DNA of 64,000 nucleotides from an uncultured Gammaproteobacteria bacterium (GCA_964557125.1 CAZKYX010000002.1:25828-89827); one strand, 5' to 3'. Shown: positions 53,067 to 63,207, counted from the first letter of the stretch. A program made the numbers and translations. The notes: generated from the letters alone by a model not told the origin.

Positions 53067-54566
53067 TCAAAAGGCGGGAGTAGCCACATAGGTCACAACA
53101 GTACGATATTCCCCTGGAGGCACGCCGGCATCAGCTCCAACAGCGTATGACACGCTTGTCACACCATTTCCCGTAACACCGGCATTAACACCAATTGGGC
53201 CTGTTGTGTCACTTGCAAGGCCAATAGGCGTAACGGTATTTGGCCATGCATACAGACAAATTGGGTCAGTTGAGCCAGTAATATATGAATTACACGTTTG
53301 GCTTGCAGTTGAATTCCATGTTGCGGCAGTTACATCAAGACCACACGGGTGAAGTCCAAAGAAATTCTGAGCACTTGGGAAAGCAACAGGCGAGGTACTA
53401 TCGTTGAGGAAAAAGCCTGTTGCGGGATTTATAAGATGCCCACTCGAGGTAGCGGTAAGTATGTATCCATTTGCGCCGTTTGTGGTTATATCAATTCTTT
53501 GTCCTGCAATGTTGCGTATTTTTGTGTCAGTGCCACTTGGGGTATTTGAGACCGTACCAAGATTAACATCAGTTGAAGTTGAGGCTAGACCGCTGTTGGT
53601 TGTTTCAACTGCAGAGCACCCTGCATTTCCAGTGCTCCAAGCGGTTGTATTGCTGATACCGGTTATGGTAAAGGTCAGACTTGGGTCAATAGTGGCTCTA
53701 ATCGTTACTGACTCAATGGTTCCAACCGCAACGGTTGCAGAATCAAGATTGATGTCAACAGCGTCTCTAGTATCAATTCTCACCTTCCAGATGTCTGCAT
53801 TTCCACTGCTTTGTGTTTTGGTGGGGTTAATGAGTCTTGGAGATTGGGTGGTACACGCACCGCCTGACTGGGCGGTACAGCCTATGATTATGGTTACTGT
53901 TACGCCTGCACTTACCCCAGCTGTTGATTCACACATAATTTGAGGTGAGCTTACAAAAGAGTTAGCATTGCAGGTTATATTTTCTGTAACTATTGTTGAG
54001 GGAAGACCGCCTGATGCATTCAAGTTATTGAATGCAAAAAGGGTTGCAGAGGGCGAAGCAGCATTGTTGTTAGTGGCCCCTGGAAAAGTAAGGAGCACAT
54101 CGCCTCCTGCTGGTATAGCTGTTGCAGTAGTAAATTGAATGGTATGCACTGCCGTAATAGGTACAAATAGTACATCTGTGCCCGCTTGCGCTGCAGTTCC
54201 AGGTGAACCGCCAAAATAGACGGTTGTAAGAGCAGCTGACTGAGAGGCTATTGGTACGCTTCCGACAATTATGTCGCTGGTTGAAGTTCTAATTACCTTT
54301 GCTGAGTCTGAAGCAAGATAAAATGAACCATTGTTGAAAATTGATGCAGCTCCGTCTGATGAACCAAGTGTAGCGCTGAGTGGTGAGGCAGCCGAAGGGC
54401 GTGAAGTTGTTATGGTATCTCTTGCGTTTGGGAGTGAGGCAGCCTGTGCTTTTCCTACCGTAAAAAGTAAACAAACAAAGAAGAGTACTAGAAAGCATAC
54501 TTTTACAACAGAATAAGAAATTCCCATCATGTATCTATTTAAGACAAAATCAGTGCTTATTGTCAA
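53067..54566 (-). CDS. Secreted beta-rich surface protein, paralogue 1 (WxL-like C-terminus)
   Basis: Signal peptide, AASLPNARDTITTSRPSAASPL, C-terminal PPGEYRTVVTYVATPAF. Co-linear with 55676-57181. Confidence 0.7.
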   Translation of the reverse strand: MTISTDFVLNRYMMGISYSVVKVCFLVLFFVCLLFTVGKAQAASLPNARDTITTSRPSAASPLSATLGSSDGAASIFNNGSFYLASDSAKVIRTSTSDIIVGSVPIASQSAALTTVYFGGSPGTAAQAGTDVLFVPITAVHTIQFTTATAIPAGGDVLLTFPGATNNNAASPSATLFAFNNLNASGGLPSTIVTENITCNANSFVSSPQIMCESTAGVSAGVTVTIIIGCTAQSGGACTTQSPRLINPTKTQSSGNADIWKVRIDTRDAVDINLDSATVAVGTIESVTIRATIDPSLTFTITGISNTTAWSTGNAGCSAVETTNSGLASTSTDVNLGTVSNTPSGTDTKIRNIAGQRIDITTNGANGYILTATSSGHLINPATGFFLNDSTSPVAFPSAQNFFGLHPCGLDVTAATWNSTASQTCNSYITGSTDPICLYAWPNTVTPIGLASDTTGPIGVNAGVTGNGVTSVSYAVGADAGVPPGEYRTVVTYVATPAF

Positions 54567-54581
54567 TGAATAATGGGTTAG

Positions 54582-55565
54582 CTACTGTGTGGGTTGTGGG
54601 GTAGGTGGAGCCTCTTGTGAAGGCTTGTTCTTTTTATTACGTCTCATTGCGAGAATAACAAGTATTGCAACGACAATCACAAGTGCAACTATCCCAGCGA
54701 GTTTCCAAGGGAGAACGATAAAGCTGGCGACTGCTGTGAGGGGTAAATTATTGTCACTTCCATACGTTGCGTTAAGACTCACGGTATAACGCCCAAGCAT
54801 AAGCTTTTTCCCGAGATTATTTGTATATACAAGGTCAGCACCAGGGAAGATATTGTGTTCTTCAAGGGGCTGGCTTGCGCTAACTTGACCAAAAAGATTT
54901 TTTACTACAATATTTCCTTTTGGACGGATGTGGTAGTCGCTTGAATTTGTTATCTCAGTCGATATACTTACCGGTCCAAATTCTTGGAATGGATTTGCAA
55001 AAAATCTCTTTACGTTTGCCTTTTCAGCGATGGGTCCATTCACTCGAATATAAAATAGGCTAGCTAGCTGGGTATTTACTCCAGCTCCTGTTCCTTTGAC
55101 ATTAATGATATCTGTAGGCTCATATACAACTGCTGCATATCGTCCACCAGGTCTTGCATCGGACGGTACCTGCACAAAATAGCTTATTTCCTGACTTTTA
55201 CCAGCTGGAATGGTAAAAGAGCTTGGAGTGACTGCAACCCAAGCAGCTGCAGAATATTTTGGAGCGAGTGTATTGTCGGGTAAAATCTTTGGTGTCCCTT
55301 GGTTATCTTCTACGATAAAGTCTTTGATGCTTGCTGTAAAAGTGAGGGCGGTATTGCTATCGTTGATGAGTTTTAGCTTGCCTTCCGTCGTTGATCCCGC
55401 ATCCAGCTGCCTATCAGTGCTTGGAGGGACCATGGTGATGGTTCTGGGCTGTTCTTGGGCGAAAATCACCTTCGCAGTGAATAAAAGTCCAAGACTAATG
55501 AGGGTATAAACAAGCGCGTTTTTCGCGTAGTATTTTGATTTTAAAGATAATGGTAGGGCAGCCAT
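54582..55565 (-). CDS. DUF916/DUF3324-like cell-surface protein with C-terminal TM anchor
   Basis: KLKLINDSNTALTFTASI, PGGRYAAVVYEP, second domain ITNSSDYHIRPKGNIVVKN, TM followed by RRNKKNK. Confidence 0.65.
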   Translation of the reverse strand: MAALPLSLKSKYYAKNALVYTLISLGLLFTAKVIFAQEQPRTITMVPPSTDRQLDAGSTTEGKLKLINDSNTALTFTASIKDFIVEDNQGTPKILPDNTLAPKYSAAAWVAVTPSSFTIPAGKSQEISYFVQVPSDARPGGRYAAVVYEPTDIINVKGTGAGVNTQLASLFYIRVNGPIAEKANVKRFFANPFQEFGPVSISTEITNSSDYHIRPKGNIVVKNLFGQVSASQPLEEHNIFPGADLVYTNNLGKKLMLGRYTVSLNATYGSDNNLPLTAVASFIVLPWKLAGIVALVIVVAILVILAMRRNKKNKPSQEAPPTPQPTQ

Positions 55566-55675
55566 AATTATTTTAGTGACTAGATACTAGTAACTAGGAA
55601 ATAGTTTACACTCAGTTAGTTTCTGTTGTCTACTATATCTTTCTAGTTTCTAGTGTCTATTTTCTATTAACTATC

Positions 55676-57181
55676 TTAAAATGCCGGCGTTGCGACATAC
55701 GTAATAATGCTTCTATATTGTCCAGGGGGTACTCCTGCATCAACACCTGCTGCATAGGAAATACTTGTTACCCCATCTCCATTTGAGCCTGCACCAATTC
55801 CGATAGGTCCAGTGGAATCAGTAGCAACGCTTATTGCTGTTGTTGCAGTTGGCCAAGCGTATCTACACTCTGTAGTACCACCTGAACCTGAGGGCTGAGC
55901 ATCGCAGTCAATACCTCCACCGCCGCCAGATTCTGTAAAGTTGGTTGGCACATCAGCACCGCATGCATGCAGACCAAAAAAGTCATCGCTTGCAGGGAAT
56001 GAAAGGGGTGCAGCCCCATTGCTGTCATTGAGGAAGTAGCCGGTTTCTGGATTTACAAGATGTCCGCTGGAGGTTGCGGTAAGAACATATCCATTTGAGC
56101 CGTTGGTGGTAATATCTATTCTTTGACCAGCTACATTTCTCAGCAATGTGTTTATGGCTGGAGTGTTAGAAAGAACACCCAAATTTACCTCTGTAGATGA
56201 TGAATTAAGACCAGAATTCATGGTGTCTGCATACGAGCACCCTGCATTGGAAAGATTTGCCGCATCTCCATTATTAAGACCAGTTATAGTAAAAGTAAGT
56301 GATGGGTCAACTGTTGCGCGTACAGTAACAGACTCAATAGTACCTATTGCGATAGTAGAGCTGTCTAGGGTAACGCTGCCAGAGTCCTGAGTTGTAATAG
56401 CAATCTTCCATATATCAGCAACACCTGAGCCAGCAGATTTTGTCGGATTGATAAATCTGGGGGATTGAGTAGTGCATGTTGCACTATTTGAAGCTGTATC
56501 TGCGCACCCAATAAGGAAAGTAACAACTGAGCCTGCACCGATTATAGAGGTTGCTGTTGTACACGTAATAGCAGGGGCTGCTACAACAAATGAGCACGTT
56601 GCAGTGCCGGCGGCGTGTAGATTGTAGGTAATATTTGCAGCGGCATTTGCGCTCGTCAAACCATTGAACGCAAAGGTTGAAGCAGAAGGCGATGCGGTTG
56701 TAGAACCGGTTGAGCCGGGAAAAGTAAGGATAATTTTACCTCCAATTGGTATGGCAGTTGCGGTTGTAAAGCTTATGGTATGCATGGCAGTTATTGGTAC
56801 AATGAACGCTGTTCCATTGTGGTGGGTGTTTGCTGGGGATGTGCCGAGATACACAACGCGCTGATTTGCTGCTGGGGTATTTGCGGCAGACATTGAAGCA
56901 ACGATTACGCTATTTTCTGTTTGACCTGTATCGGCAAGAAGCTTTGCAGAGTCTGAGGCAAGGTAGAATGACCCATTATCTTTAATGGTAACTTGTCCAT
57001 CGCTTGCAGCTTGATTTGCATCAAGAGGGGCTGAAGCCGAGGGACGCGATGTAGAAATTGTGTCTTTTGCATTTGACAGTGAAGCTGCGTATGAGTGCCG
57101 TGCGGATATCAAAAGAAAGAGTATAAAAAATACTCCTGATAGTATCAGTCGTCGGTCCATTCTCAATGCAAATAAGTCCAT
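55676..57181 (-). CDS. Secreted beta-rich surface protein, paralogue 2
   Basis: AASLSNAKDTISTSRPSASAPL and C-terminal PPGQYRSIITYVATPAF. Confidence 0.7.
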   Translation of the reverse strand: MDLFALRMDRRLILSGVFFILFLLISARHSYAASLSNAKDTISTSRPSASAPLDANQAASDGQVTIKDNGSFYLASDSAKLLADTGQTENSVIVASMSAANTPAANQRVVYLGTSPANTHHNGTAFIVPITAMHTISFTTATAIPIGGKIILTFPGSTGSTTASPSASTFAFNGLTSANAAANITYNLHAAGTATCSFVVAAPAITCTTATSIIGAGSVVTFLIGCADTASNSATCTTQSPRFINPTKSAGSGVADIWKIAITTQDSGSVTLDSSTIAIGTIESVTVRATVDPSLTFTITGLNNGDAANLSNAGCSYADTMNSGLNSSSTEVNLGVLSNTPAINTLLRNVAGQRIDITTNGSNGYVLTATSSGHLVNPETGYFLNDSNGAAPLSFPASDDFFGLHACGADVPTNFTESGGGGGIDCDAQPSGSGGTTECRYAWPTATTAISVATDSTGPIGIGAGSNGDGVTSISYAAGVDAGVPPGQYRSIITYVATPAF

Positions 57182-57256
57182 AAAAAAGGCTATACTTTAC
57201 TATTAAAACCAGAAATAAAATTTCCTGTCAACAGGTGAATTTGAATTTGGACGTAG

Positions 57257-58132
57257 TTAGTATAGGTCGAGGAACCAATCGTGATGCATTTTATGTCTAT
57301 GTCGAAATTTATCAATTATTATAATCATTAACCTGACTCTTAACTTATAAAGAAGTAGGCCTATTATAATAAGGAGTATGAGTGCTAAGAGTCCAAGAAA
57401 GACAAGGTCGAGTCGGTACTTTTTTGCGAGATTTTCCCCTGTTTCTTTTACCGTATTTGTTATTTGTGAAGGAATGGAGAGAGCTTCAAGACTCACTTCG
57501 TGAAGTGGCGGGAGGGACTCTTTCCCTTCAAGCGTAGCGCTTGCAGTAAATGTATAAGTACCAGCTGGCACATTCTTAAATTCATACGCATAGTATCCAG
57601 TTGCATCAGCCTTCAGGCTAACCGGTTTGCCATCGATAAGCAGTGCAACGTCTGCGTTGGGCATTGTATACCCATATATCAGAGCATTCTGTCCTGCATT
57701 TATTTGCTTTTTTGAGAGACCAATCGTTGGAGGGAGAAAAATATCATTTCTTGTTATGTTGCCGGTGATTTCTTCATCAATATCTATACATGCATCTGAT
57801 TGTCCTATTCTTTTAAAATCAATTGCAGTAAGACAAAAGCCAGAAAAAGTATCAGTAATCAATATGTCTGATATAGTAAAATATCCTTTTGAGTCAGCAA
57901 CTGCAGAGCGCATAAATATGCCGCTTTGTGTCGTCATGACGATTGATGCATACGGTGACTGATACCCCTGAATACTAAGATAAAACCTTCCAACTGTTGC
58001 AACTATATCTATCGGTTTGCTTTGAGCTTTTGAGGGAAAGAGTGTCTGGGCATCAGATTGAGGAGAAGCAATAAACAAGAAACAATAAGCAATAAACAAT
58101 AAACACACAACAGAAGCAAAAAGCCGTTTCAT
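57257..58132 (-). CDS. Signal peptide plus two Ig/CarboxypepD_reg-like domains plus C-terminal TM
   Basis: SKGYFTISDI and TGYYAYEFKNVPAGTYTFTASA. TM LVFLGLLALILLIIIGLLLY. Confidence 0.6.
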   Translation of the reverse strand: MKRLFASVVCLLFIAYCFLFIASPQSDAQTLFPSKAQSKPIDIVATVGRFYLSIQGYQSPYASIVMTTQSGIFMRSAVADSKGYFTISDILITDTFSGFCLTAIDFKRIGQSDACIDIDEEITGNITRNDIFLPPTIGLSKKQINAGQNALIYGYTMPNADVALLIDGKPVSLKADATGYYAYEFKNVPAGTYTFTASATLEGKESLPPLHEVSLEALSIPSQITNTVKETGENLAKKYRLDLVFLGLLALILLIIIGLLLYKLRVRLMIIIIDKFRHRHKMHHDWFLDLY

Positions 58133-58177
58133 ATATTTAGTATTACGTATCAGTGGGTAAGTATCAAGAGCGGTATA

Positions 58178-58268
58178 AATTCAAATTTTTACTTTTTAAT
58201 TTTTGATCAAATCAAAATGTTGCAATTTAAAAAACATTAAAAATTCTAAATTTTAAATTAAAAATTAT
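58178..58268. repeat. AT-rich ~95-bp intergenic element, copy 4
   Basis: caaatttttactttttaatttttgatcaaatcaaaatgtt...ttttaaattaaaaatt. Confidence 0.6.
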
Positions 58269-58429
58269 GCAGATTTTATCTTATAGTATTTGATTTTCTT
58301 GCTAAAAAGTGTTATAATTATTCGTTTTGCTGATTGAAAAACTGCCTCACGCACTTGCTGTTTGGGGTTTGGTTTTCAGGTTAGCTAGCACATTTACAAG
58401 TAGATTGAACAAAGAAAGGGGTTTTTCCA

Positions 58430-58807
58430 TTGGAAGGAGATCGTCCTATCAACGTTGAGGATCTTATCAAGATCCTCATCAGCTCGTCTCGCTCTTCATA
58501 TCTTGGTTGCCGTCCTGAACTCATTACGGCTGCCCACATCGTTGAAGCAGGAGAAAGCGGGGACATTGTCCTCGGACATATTCTCAATCCAGCCGCAAAT
58601 TTGTCAGAACTCGTTCCTCTTCGTGGAGAGCATGAACTCGACAAGTTCAAGAACAGGGTGAAAGACGACGAAGAGGCTGAGTGTACCTTTTTCCGCCTTC
58701 GCGGCGGATGGGAAAAGTACGGCAACAATTATGCCGACAGACTTCCCAATTCACGCGGGGGGCTTTTTGCTCCAGTGACCAGCATACATCATCACGCATT
58801 GGCCTAA
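58430..58807 (+). CDS. Hypothetical protein (125 aa, TTG start) in a ~50-60% GC block
   Basis: First of three tightly coupled ORFs. TGTTATAAT at 58310-58318 lies upstream. Confidence 0.5.
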   Translation: MEGDRPINVEDLIKILISSSRSSYLGCRPELITAAHIVEAGESGDIVLGHILNPAANLSELVPLRGEHELDKFKNRVKDDEEAECTFFRLRGGWEKYGNNYADRLPNSRGGLFAPVTSIHHHALA

Positions 58808-58820
58808 GGAGGCACATTAT

Positions 58821-59045
58821 ATGGTGCAAAAAACGGACAGGGAAATCTTCTCTATCATCGAGGGACTTGTCTCTCGGCGAAAGCAGGGTTTGGATCTAGG
58901 TCCCAACCCAACGCTTACTCGCGTTGAGCGAAGGCTCGTAGCCGTTCGGCTTCGTGAGCTGGCCACAATGGTTGAGGTTCAACCCGAACGCTTCAAAGCC
59001 ATCGGCCTTGAAGAAGCTCGCCAACTCGTTGGGGTTGGCACGTGA
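58821..59045 (+). CDS. Hypothetical small protein (74 aa)
   Basis: AAGGAGG RBS. Confidence 0.55.
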   Translation: MVQKTDREIFSIIEGLVSRRKQGLDLGPNPTLTRVERRLVAVRLRELATMVEVQPERFKAIGLEEARQLVGVGT

Positions 59046-59386
59046 ATCGAAAGCCTCGTGCCAAAAGTCCGAAAGCCAGTCCGGCAAAGCCGGTAGAGCC
59101 TGTCGCCATTCAAACGCAGGTAGTAAGCCATTCGGTAGTTGTACCGCTCAAAGAGGTCACAGTAACCTGTGACCTCAAGTTTACGCTCACACTTGCAGGG
59201 GATGAGTCCCCTGAAGATGTGAACGCGCTGATTCTCGGTCGTTTTGACCAATGCGTTGCCGACAAGCGCGCACTGGTTCTCAACAGAACCGAAAGTACGC
59301 GCCGCGTTCAAAAGATGCTCGAAAGAGCGCCTGTTGGGCGTTCAAGCGTCAATCTTTGGCACTGGCCAATCATTGTCTTGAGCTAA
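59042..59386 (+). CDS. Hypothetical protein (114 aa, GTG start)
   Basis: GTGA overlap with the upstream ORF. Basic N-terminus. Confidence 0.5.
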   Translation: MNRKPRAKSPKASPAKPVEPVAIQTQVVSHSVVVPLKEVTVTCDLKFTLTLAGDESPEDVNALILGRFDQCVADKRALVLNRTESTRRVQKMLERAPVGRSSVNLWHWPIIVLS

Positions 59387-59408
59387 AGATACGTTCAATC
59401 TACTTTTT

Positions 59409-59452
59409 GCGCCCGTTGGATTTGGTACATCACCAGATTCGCGGGCGCTTTT
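59409..59452 (+). terminator. Hairpin plus T-run after the three-gene block
   Basis: gcgcccg ... cgggcgc followed by tttt. Confidence 0.45.
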
Positions 59453-59543
59453 CGTGAAAAAAGGATCAGTAATAGCTAAATAGTTGCATGGATGCATGGC
59501 TCAAAACAATTTTAATTAACTATGTAATTATCTAACCATATAA

Positions 59544-60764
59544 CTATTTCAATCCGAGGCGGTAGAGGTTGGAGGGTACCGACTCGTCATTCAAATTCGT
59601 TCTAAAAATGACGCTCAGTCCGTCAGGTGCAGGATAGAGAAATTCACCATCAAATGGGCCTGAGTATAGGGTTTGGCGATTCCCGCCATCAAATTCCACA
59701 ACTTGTATCTTTTTGTCTTTAACAAAAAGTAAGTGACTGGAGGAAGGGTGCCACAAGAATTTTGGCAGAGTTTGCCCATCTGTAGGTTCGTAAAGGAGAT
59801 AGTTTTTGTCTTCTTTTACTTGATATACATATACGTTTCCAGCCTTTAGCATGCGATTCTCAGGAGTAGAGTTGGTTGAGGGGAGGGGAGGATTGATAAT
59901 AAAAGGCATTTGAGCGCTAACTGAGGCTACGTACATGACCTTATCGCGCTCTGGCGAAATAAGCATATGGGAGAAATTTGCTAGTGCCAAAGCCTTTTCC
60001 TTTTTTGGAAGCCCATTTACAAATTTATCCTCATCTGTTTGTTTTTCGGTAAGCCATAGTGTTCTTATTTGGTTTTGTGTCACTGTTACATTCTTTGGTG
60101 CTGTATTAAGCCCATTTGTATTGAGAAGATAGACGACTGTATTAAGGCTTCCTGAGGGGGTACTTGCTTTACCTCTGGGAACGCTTACGAGGAGTTGCTT
60201 GCCGTCAGGAGAAAATTCGTACTGAGCTTTGGAGAAGGTATCAAATGAATCTGAGGCAATTTGGGTTGTAGAGGTGCCGATTGGTAAAATTGGTCTTGAA
60301 TTGAGCGAAAGGATATAGATACCGTTTTGTTCGGGGGTTGAATCATTGACAGTATATGCAATCAGGCTTCCGCTGGGGTCAACAAGAGGTGTTTGTGCAC
60401 CGAGAAGAGTAACTGCTTCTAGTTTTGGAGCAGAAGGAAAGAGGAGCGCTTCAGTTTTGGTTACTGCTTCATTTTTGATAATCACTTTCTCTTTCCAAGA
60501 AAAGTACCCATCTTTTTCTATTTTGACTTCATAGTTACCGGGAGGGAGATTGATTGTATCGTCAGTTGCCGTTGTTAGATTTTCATCAATATAAACTCTT
60601 GCACCATCTGGTGTGCTTGTAAGAACAAGAAGGCCAGTGCCAGCTATCAATTTACTTCCTTTTGAAAGATCGAGACGGTAGCCTTTTGCGTAAAGAACGG
60701 CTACGTAGGTGACAATACTCACCAATATCAGCACTATTGCTGTTGTAAAAAAAGCTTTTTTCAT
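59544..60764 (-). CDS. PEGA-domain protein with C-terminal beta-propeller-like region
   Basis: N-terminal TM and the PEGA-like LVLTSTPDGARVYIDENLTTATDDTINLPPGNYEVKIEKDGY. Confidence 0.7.
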   Translation of the reverse strand: MKKAFFTTAIVLILVSIVTYVAVLYAKGYRLDLSKGSKLIAGTGLLVLTSTPDGARVYIDENLTTATDDTINLPPGNYEVKIEKDGYFSWKEKVIIKNEAVTKTEALLFPSAPKLEAVTLLGAQTPLVDPSGSLIAYTVNDSTPEQNGIYILSLNSRPILPIGTSTTQIASDSFDTFSKAQYEFSPDGKQLLVSVPRGKASTPSGSLNTVVYLLNTNGLNTAPKNVTVTQNQIRTLWLTEKQTDEDKFVNGLPKKEKALALANFSHMLISPERDKVMYVASVSAQMPFIINPPLPSTNSTPENRMLKAGNVYVYQVKEDKNYLLYEPTDGQTLPKFLWHPSSSHLLFVKDKKIQVVEFDGGNRQTLYSGPFDGEFLYPAPDGLSVIFRTNLNDESVPSNLYRLGLK

Positions 60765-60933
60765 AATGCACTTCTATTAACAATCTTACCTAATAATACT
60801 GGTTTTTAAACTTTGTAGCAAGGGATTGGTTTTGGCTTCAAATATGTCTTAGGACTTGCAAGCATACCGGTGCATTGATATATTGAGTATAAGACAATCT
60901 CAAATGATATAGTAAGTGTATATTGTGATATAT

Positions 60934-61039
60934 TAATTTGAAATTTTTAATTTTAAATTCGAAATGAAATCCAAATGTATCAATTTTAAATTTATTTTTT
61001 ATATTTAATTAAAAATTATAAATTTGAACTTAAAAATTA
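60934..61039. repeat. AT-rich ~95-bp intergenic element, copy 5
   Basis: gaaatttttaattttaaattcgaaatgaaatccaaatgta...aaaaattataaatttgaacttaaaaatt. Confidence 0.65.
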
Positions 61040-62059
61040 ATGTATATGTTTTCAAAAAGAATTGGCATTGATTTAGGCACAGCAAATACTCTTGTGTATT
61101 TAGCTGGCCATGGTGTGGTTCTTAATGAGCCGACAGTTGTGGCTGTTAGAGCTGATGACAACAAGGTGGTTGCAGTAGGTACTGAGGCAAAGGAGATGCT
61201 TGGAAGAACCCCTGGCAATATTGTTGCAACAAGACCTTTAAAAGATGGAGTGATTGCCGATTACGTAATTACTGAGTCAATGCTTGCATACTTCATTGAA
61301 AAAGTCACCGGCAAATCCCGATTTATTAAGCCTGAGGTTATGGTATGTGTGCCTTCAGGTATTACTCAAGTAGAAAAGCGCGCGGTACTTGATGCTACGC
61401 AGTCAGCTGGTGCCCGAGCCGTGTACCTTATTGAAGAGCCCTTGGCTGCTGCAATTGGAGCAAAAATTCCAATCGCTCAGGCTACGGGACATATGATTTT
61501 GGACAGTGGTGGAGGAACAACTGACATTGCTGTTATCTCCCTTGGAGGTGTTGTTGTGCATAAGTCAATTCGAATTGCAGGGGATAAGGTTGAGGAGGCA
61601 ATCAGTAACTATATACGAAAGAAATTCAATTTGATGGTTGGAGAGCAGACTTCAGAAGAGATTAAGGTGACTATGGCAAATGCAATTCCAGCAAGTACTT
61701 CTACAAAGAAAATGGAGGTAAAGGGTCGAGATACCGTGAGTGGACTTCCAAGACAAGCTGAGATTGATGAGTTTGAGGTAAATGAAGCAATTCAGCCAGT
61801 TCTAAAGGCGATGATTTCTGCCATTCGAGAAACATTTGAAATGACGCCCCCCGAATTGGCATCCGATATAATTGATAAGGGCATTGTCCTGTCTGGTGGA
61901 ACAACGATGCTTCGCAACTTTGACAAATATATAACTCGTGAGACTGGTGTTCCAGCATATGTTGCAGAAGACCCATTGTATTGTGTTGTGAGAGGAACAG
62001 GAGTGGCACTTGAGAATTTGGAACTTTACAAACGCAGTATCAATCGAAATGAGAGTTAA
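61040..62059 (+). CDS. mreB: Rod-shape-determining actin homologue MreB
   Basis: IGIDLGTANT, DGVIADY, DSGGGTTD and LSGGTTML motifs. Confidence 0.95.
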   Translation: MYMFSKRIGIDLGTANTLVYLAGHGVVLNEPTVVAVRADDNKVVAVGTEAKEMLGRTPGNIVATRPLKDGVIADYVITESMLAYFIEKVTGKSRFIKPEVMVCVPSGITQVEKRAVLDATQSAGARAVYLIEEPLAAAIGAKIPIAQATGHMILDSGGGTTDIAVISLGGVVVHKSIRIAGDKVEEAISNYIRKKFNLMVGEQTSEEIKVTMANAIPASTSTKKMEVKGRDTVSGLPRQAEIDEFEVNEAIQPVLKAMISAIRETFEMTPPELASDIIDKGIVLSGGTTMLRNFDKYITRETGVPAYVAEDPLYCVVRGTGVALENLELYKRSINRNES

Positions 62060-62061
62060 GT

Positions 62062-62126
62062 GTCACTGCGAGCAAATCGAAGCAGTCTTAAACAGATAGT
62101 TTCGTCACATGCCTCCTCGCAATGAC
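62062..62126. repeat. GTCA-capped palindromic element directly after the mreB stop
   Basis: gtcactgcgag...ctcgcaatgac terminal inverted repeat with an inner gaagcagtct / agatagtttc pair. Confidence 0.7.
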
Positions 62127-62418
62127 TGAGAAAGTTGAGTAACTTATAGTTTAAATGTATTTTGAAATCTGAAAATTATAAAAGTATCTTGTAGTTTTGT
62201 GAAAATAATATACTAGCTTAATACTTTTCACAAAAGTTGTGAACTTGATAACAAATAAGTATCTTATATAATTATCATTAAGTCACTATTAATAAATTAA
62301 TATCAATTACAGTAATACGCAGTTTAAATTATTAAATAAAGCATTATATGAGAGTAAAAAATATACACAAGGCGCTTAAAAGGTAGTGAAAAAGTTGTAA
62401 TAATTTTAGACATATAGT

Positions 62419-63207
62419 ATGAATACAAAATTGGCTTCCGTAATAATTTTAAATGTTGATGTCACAAGTGAGAAAAAGGACATAGTCTTAAAGTATGTGG
62501 TAGAAAAGAGCAGTAAGAGGGATGAAAAGTTCTATATAGTAACACCAAATCCAGAAATTTTAATGTATGCAAAGACTCATCCTCAGTTCAGAGCAATACT
62601 GAATGATGCGAGAGTTGCTTTACCAGACGGTGTGGGTGTGCTCATGGCAGGGAGGATAGCCGGAAAAAGCATTATAGGTCGAATTACCGGTGTTGACTTT
62701 ATGCTTGAGCTTTGTAGCGAGTATGCAAAACGGCCTATTACCATAGGCTTTTTAGGAGGTATGGGGGGAGTAGCAAAGATGACTGCCGAGTGCTTACAAA
62801 AAAAGCACCCAACTCTTAAGGTCGTCTTTGCGGAAGATGAGTGGCCAACCGAGAATAAAGAAGAACGAATATCAAATGTCGATAAGAAGGATCAGGATTC
62901 AAAATCCAATATTCAAAATTCCAAACCAATTCCTCACATCGATATGCTATTCGTTGCTTTTGGATTCCCGAAACAGGAAGAGTGGATTGCAAAAAATTTA
63001 GAGAGACTACCGGTGACGGGCATGATGGCAGTAGGGGGAGCATTCGATTTTATTGCCGGAAAAATTCCAAGAGCTCCCAAGATGGTAAGAAGCATTGGTA
63101 TGGAATGGGCATTTCGACTTTTGATGCAGCCCTCACGTTTTAAAAGACAATTGGCTCTTCCAGCATTTGTTCTAGAAGTTCTGAAAGAGAGAATAAGAAA
63201 GAAATAG
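62419..63207 (+). CDS. WecB/TagA/CpsF family glycosyltransferase with a low-complexity insert
   Basis: PDGVGV and FVAFGFPKQEEWI motifs. The insert NKEERISNVDKKDQDSKSNIQNSKPIP contains the aatattcaaaatt word. Confidence 0.8.
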   Translation: MNTKLASVIILNVDVTSEKKDIVLKYVVEKSSKRDEKFYIVTPNPEILMYAKTHPQFRAILNDARVALPDGVGVLMAGRIAGKSIIGRITGVDFMLELCSEYAKRPITIGFLGGMGGVAKMTAECLQKKHPTLKVVFAEDEWPTENKEERISNVDKKDQDSKSNIQNSKPIPHIDMLFVAFGFPKQEEWIAKNLERLPVTGMMAVGGAFDFIAGKIPRAPKMVRSIGMEWAFRLLMQPSRFKRQLALPAFVLEVLKERIRKK

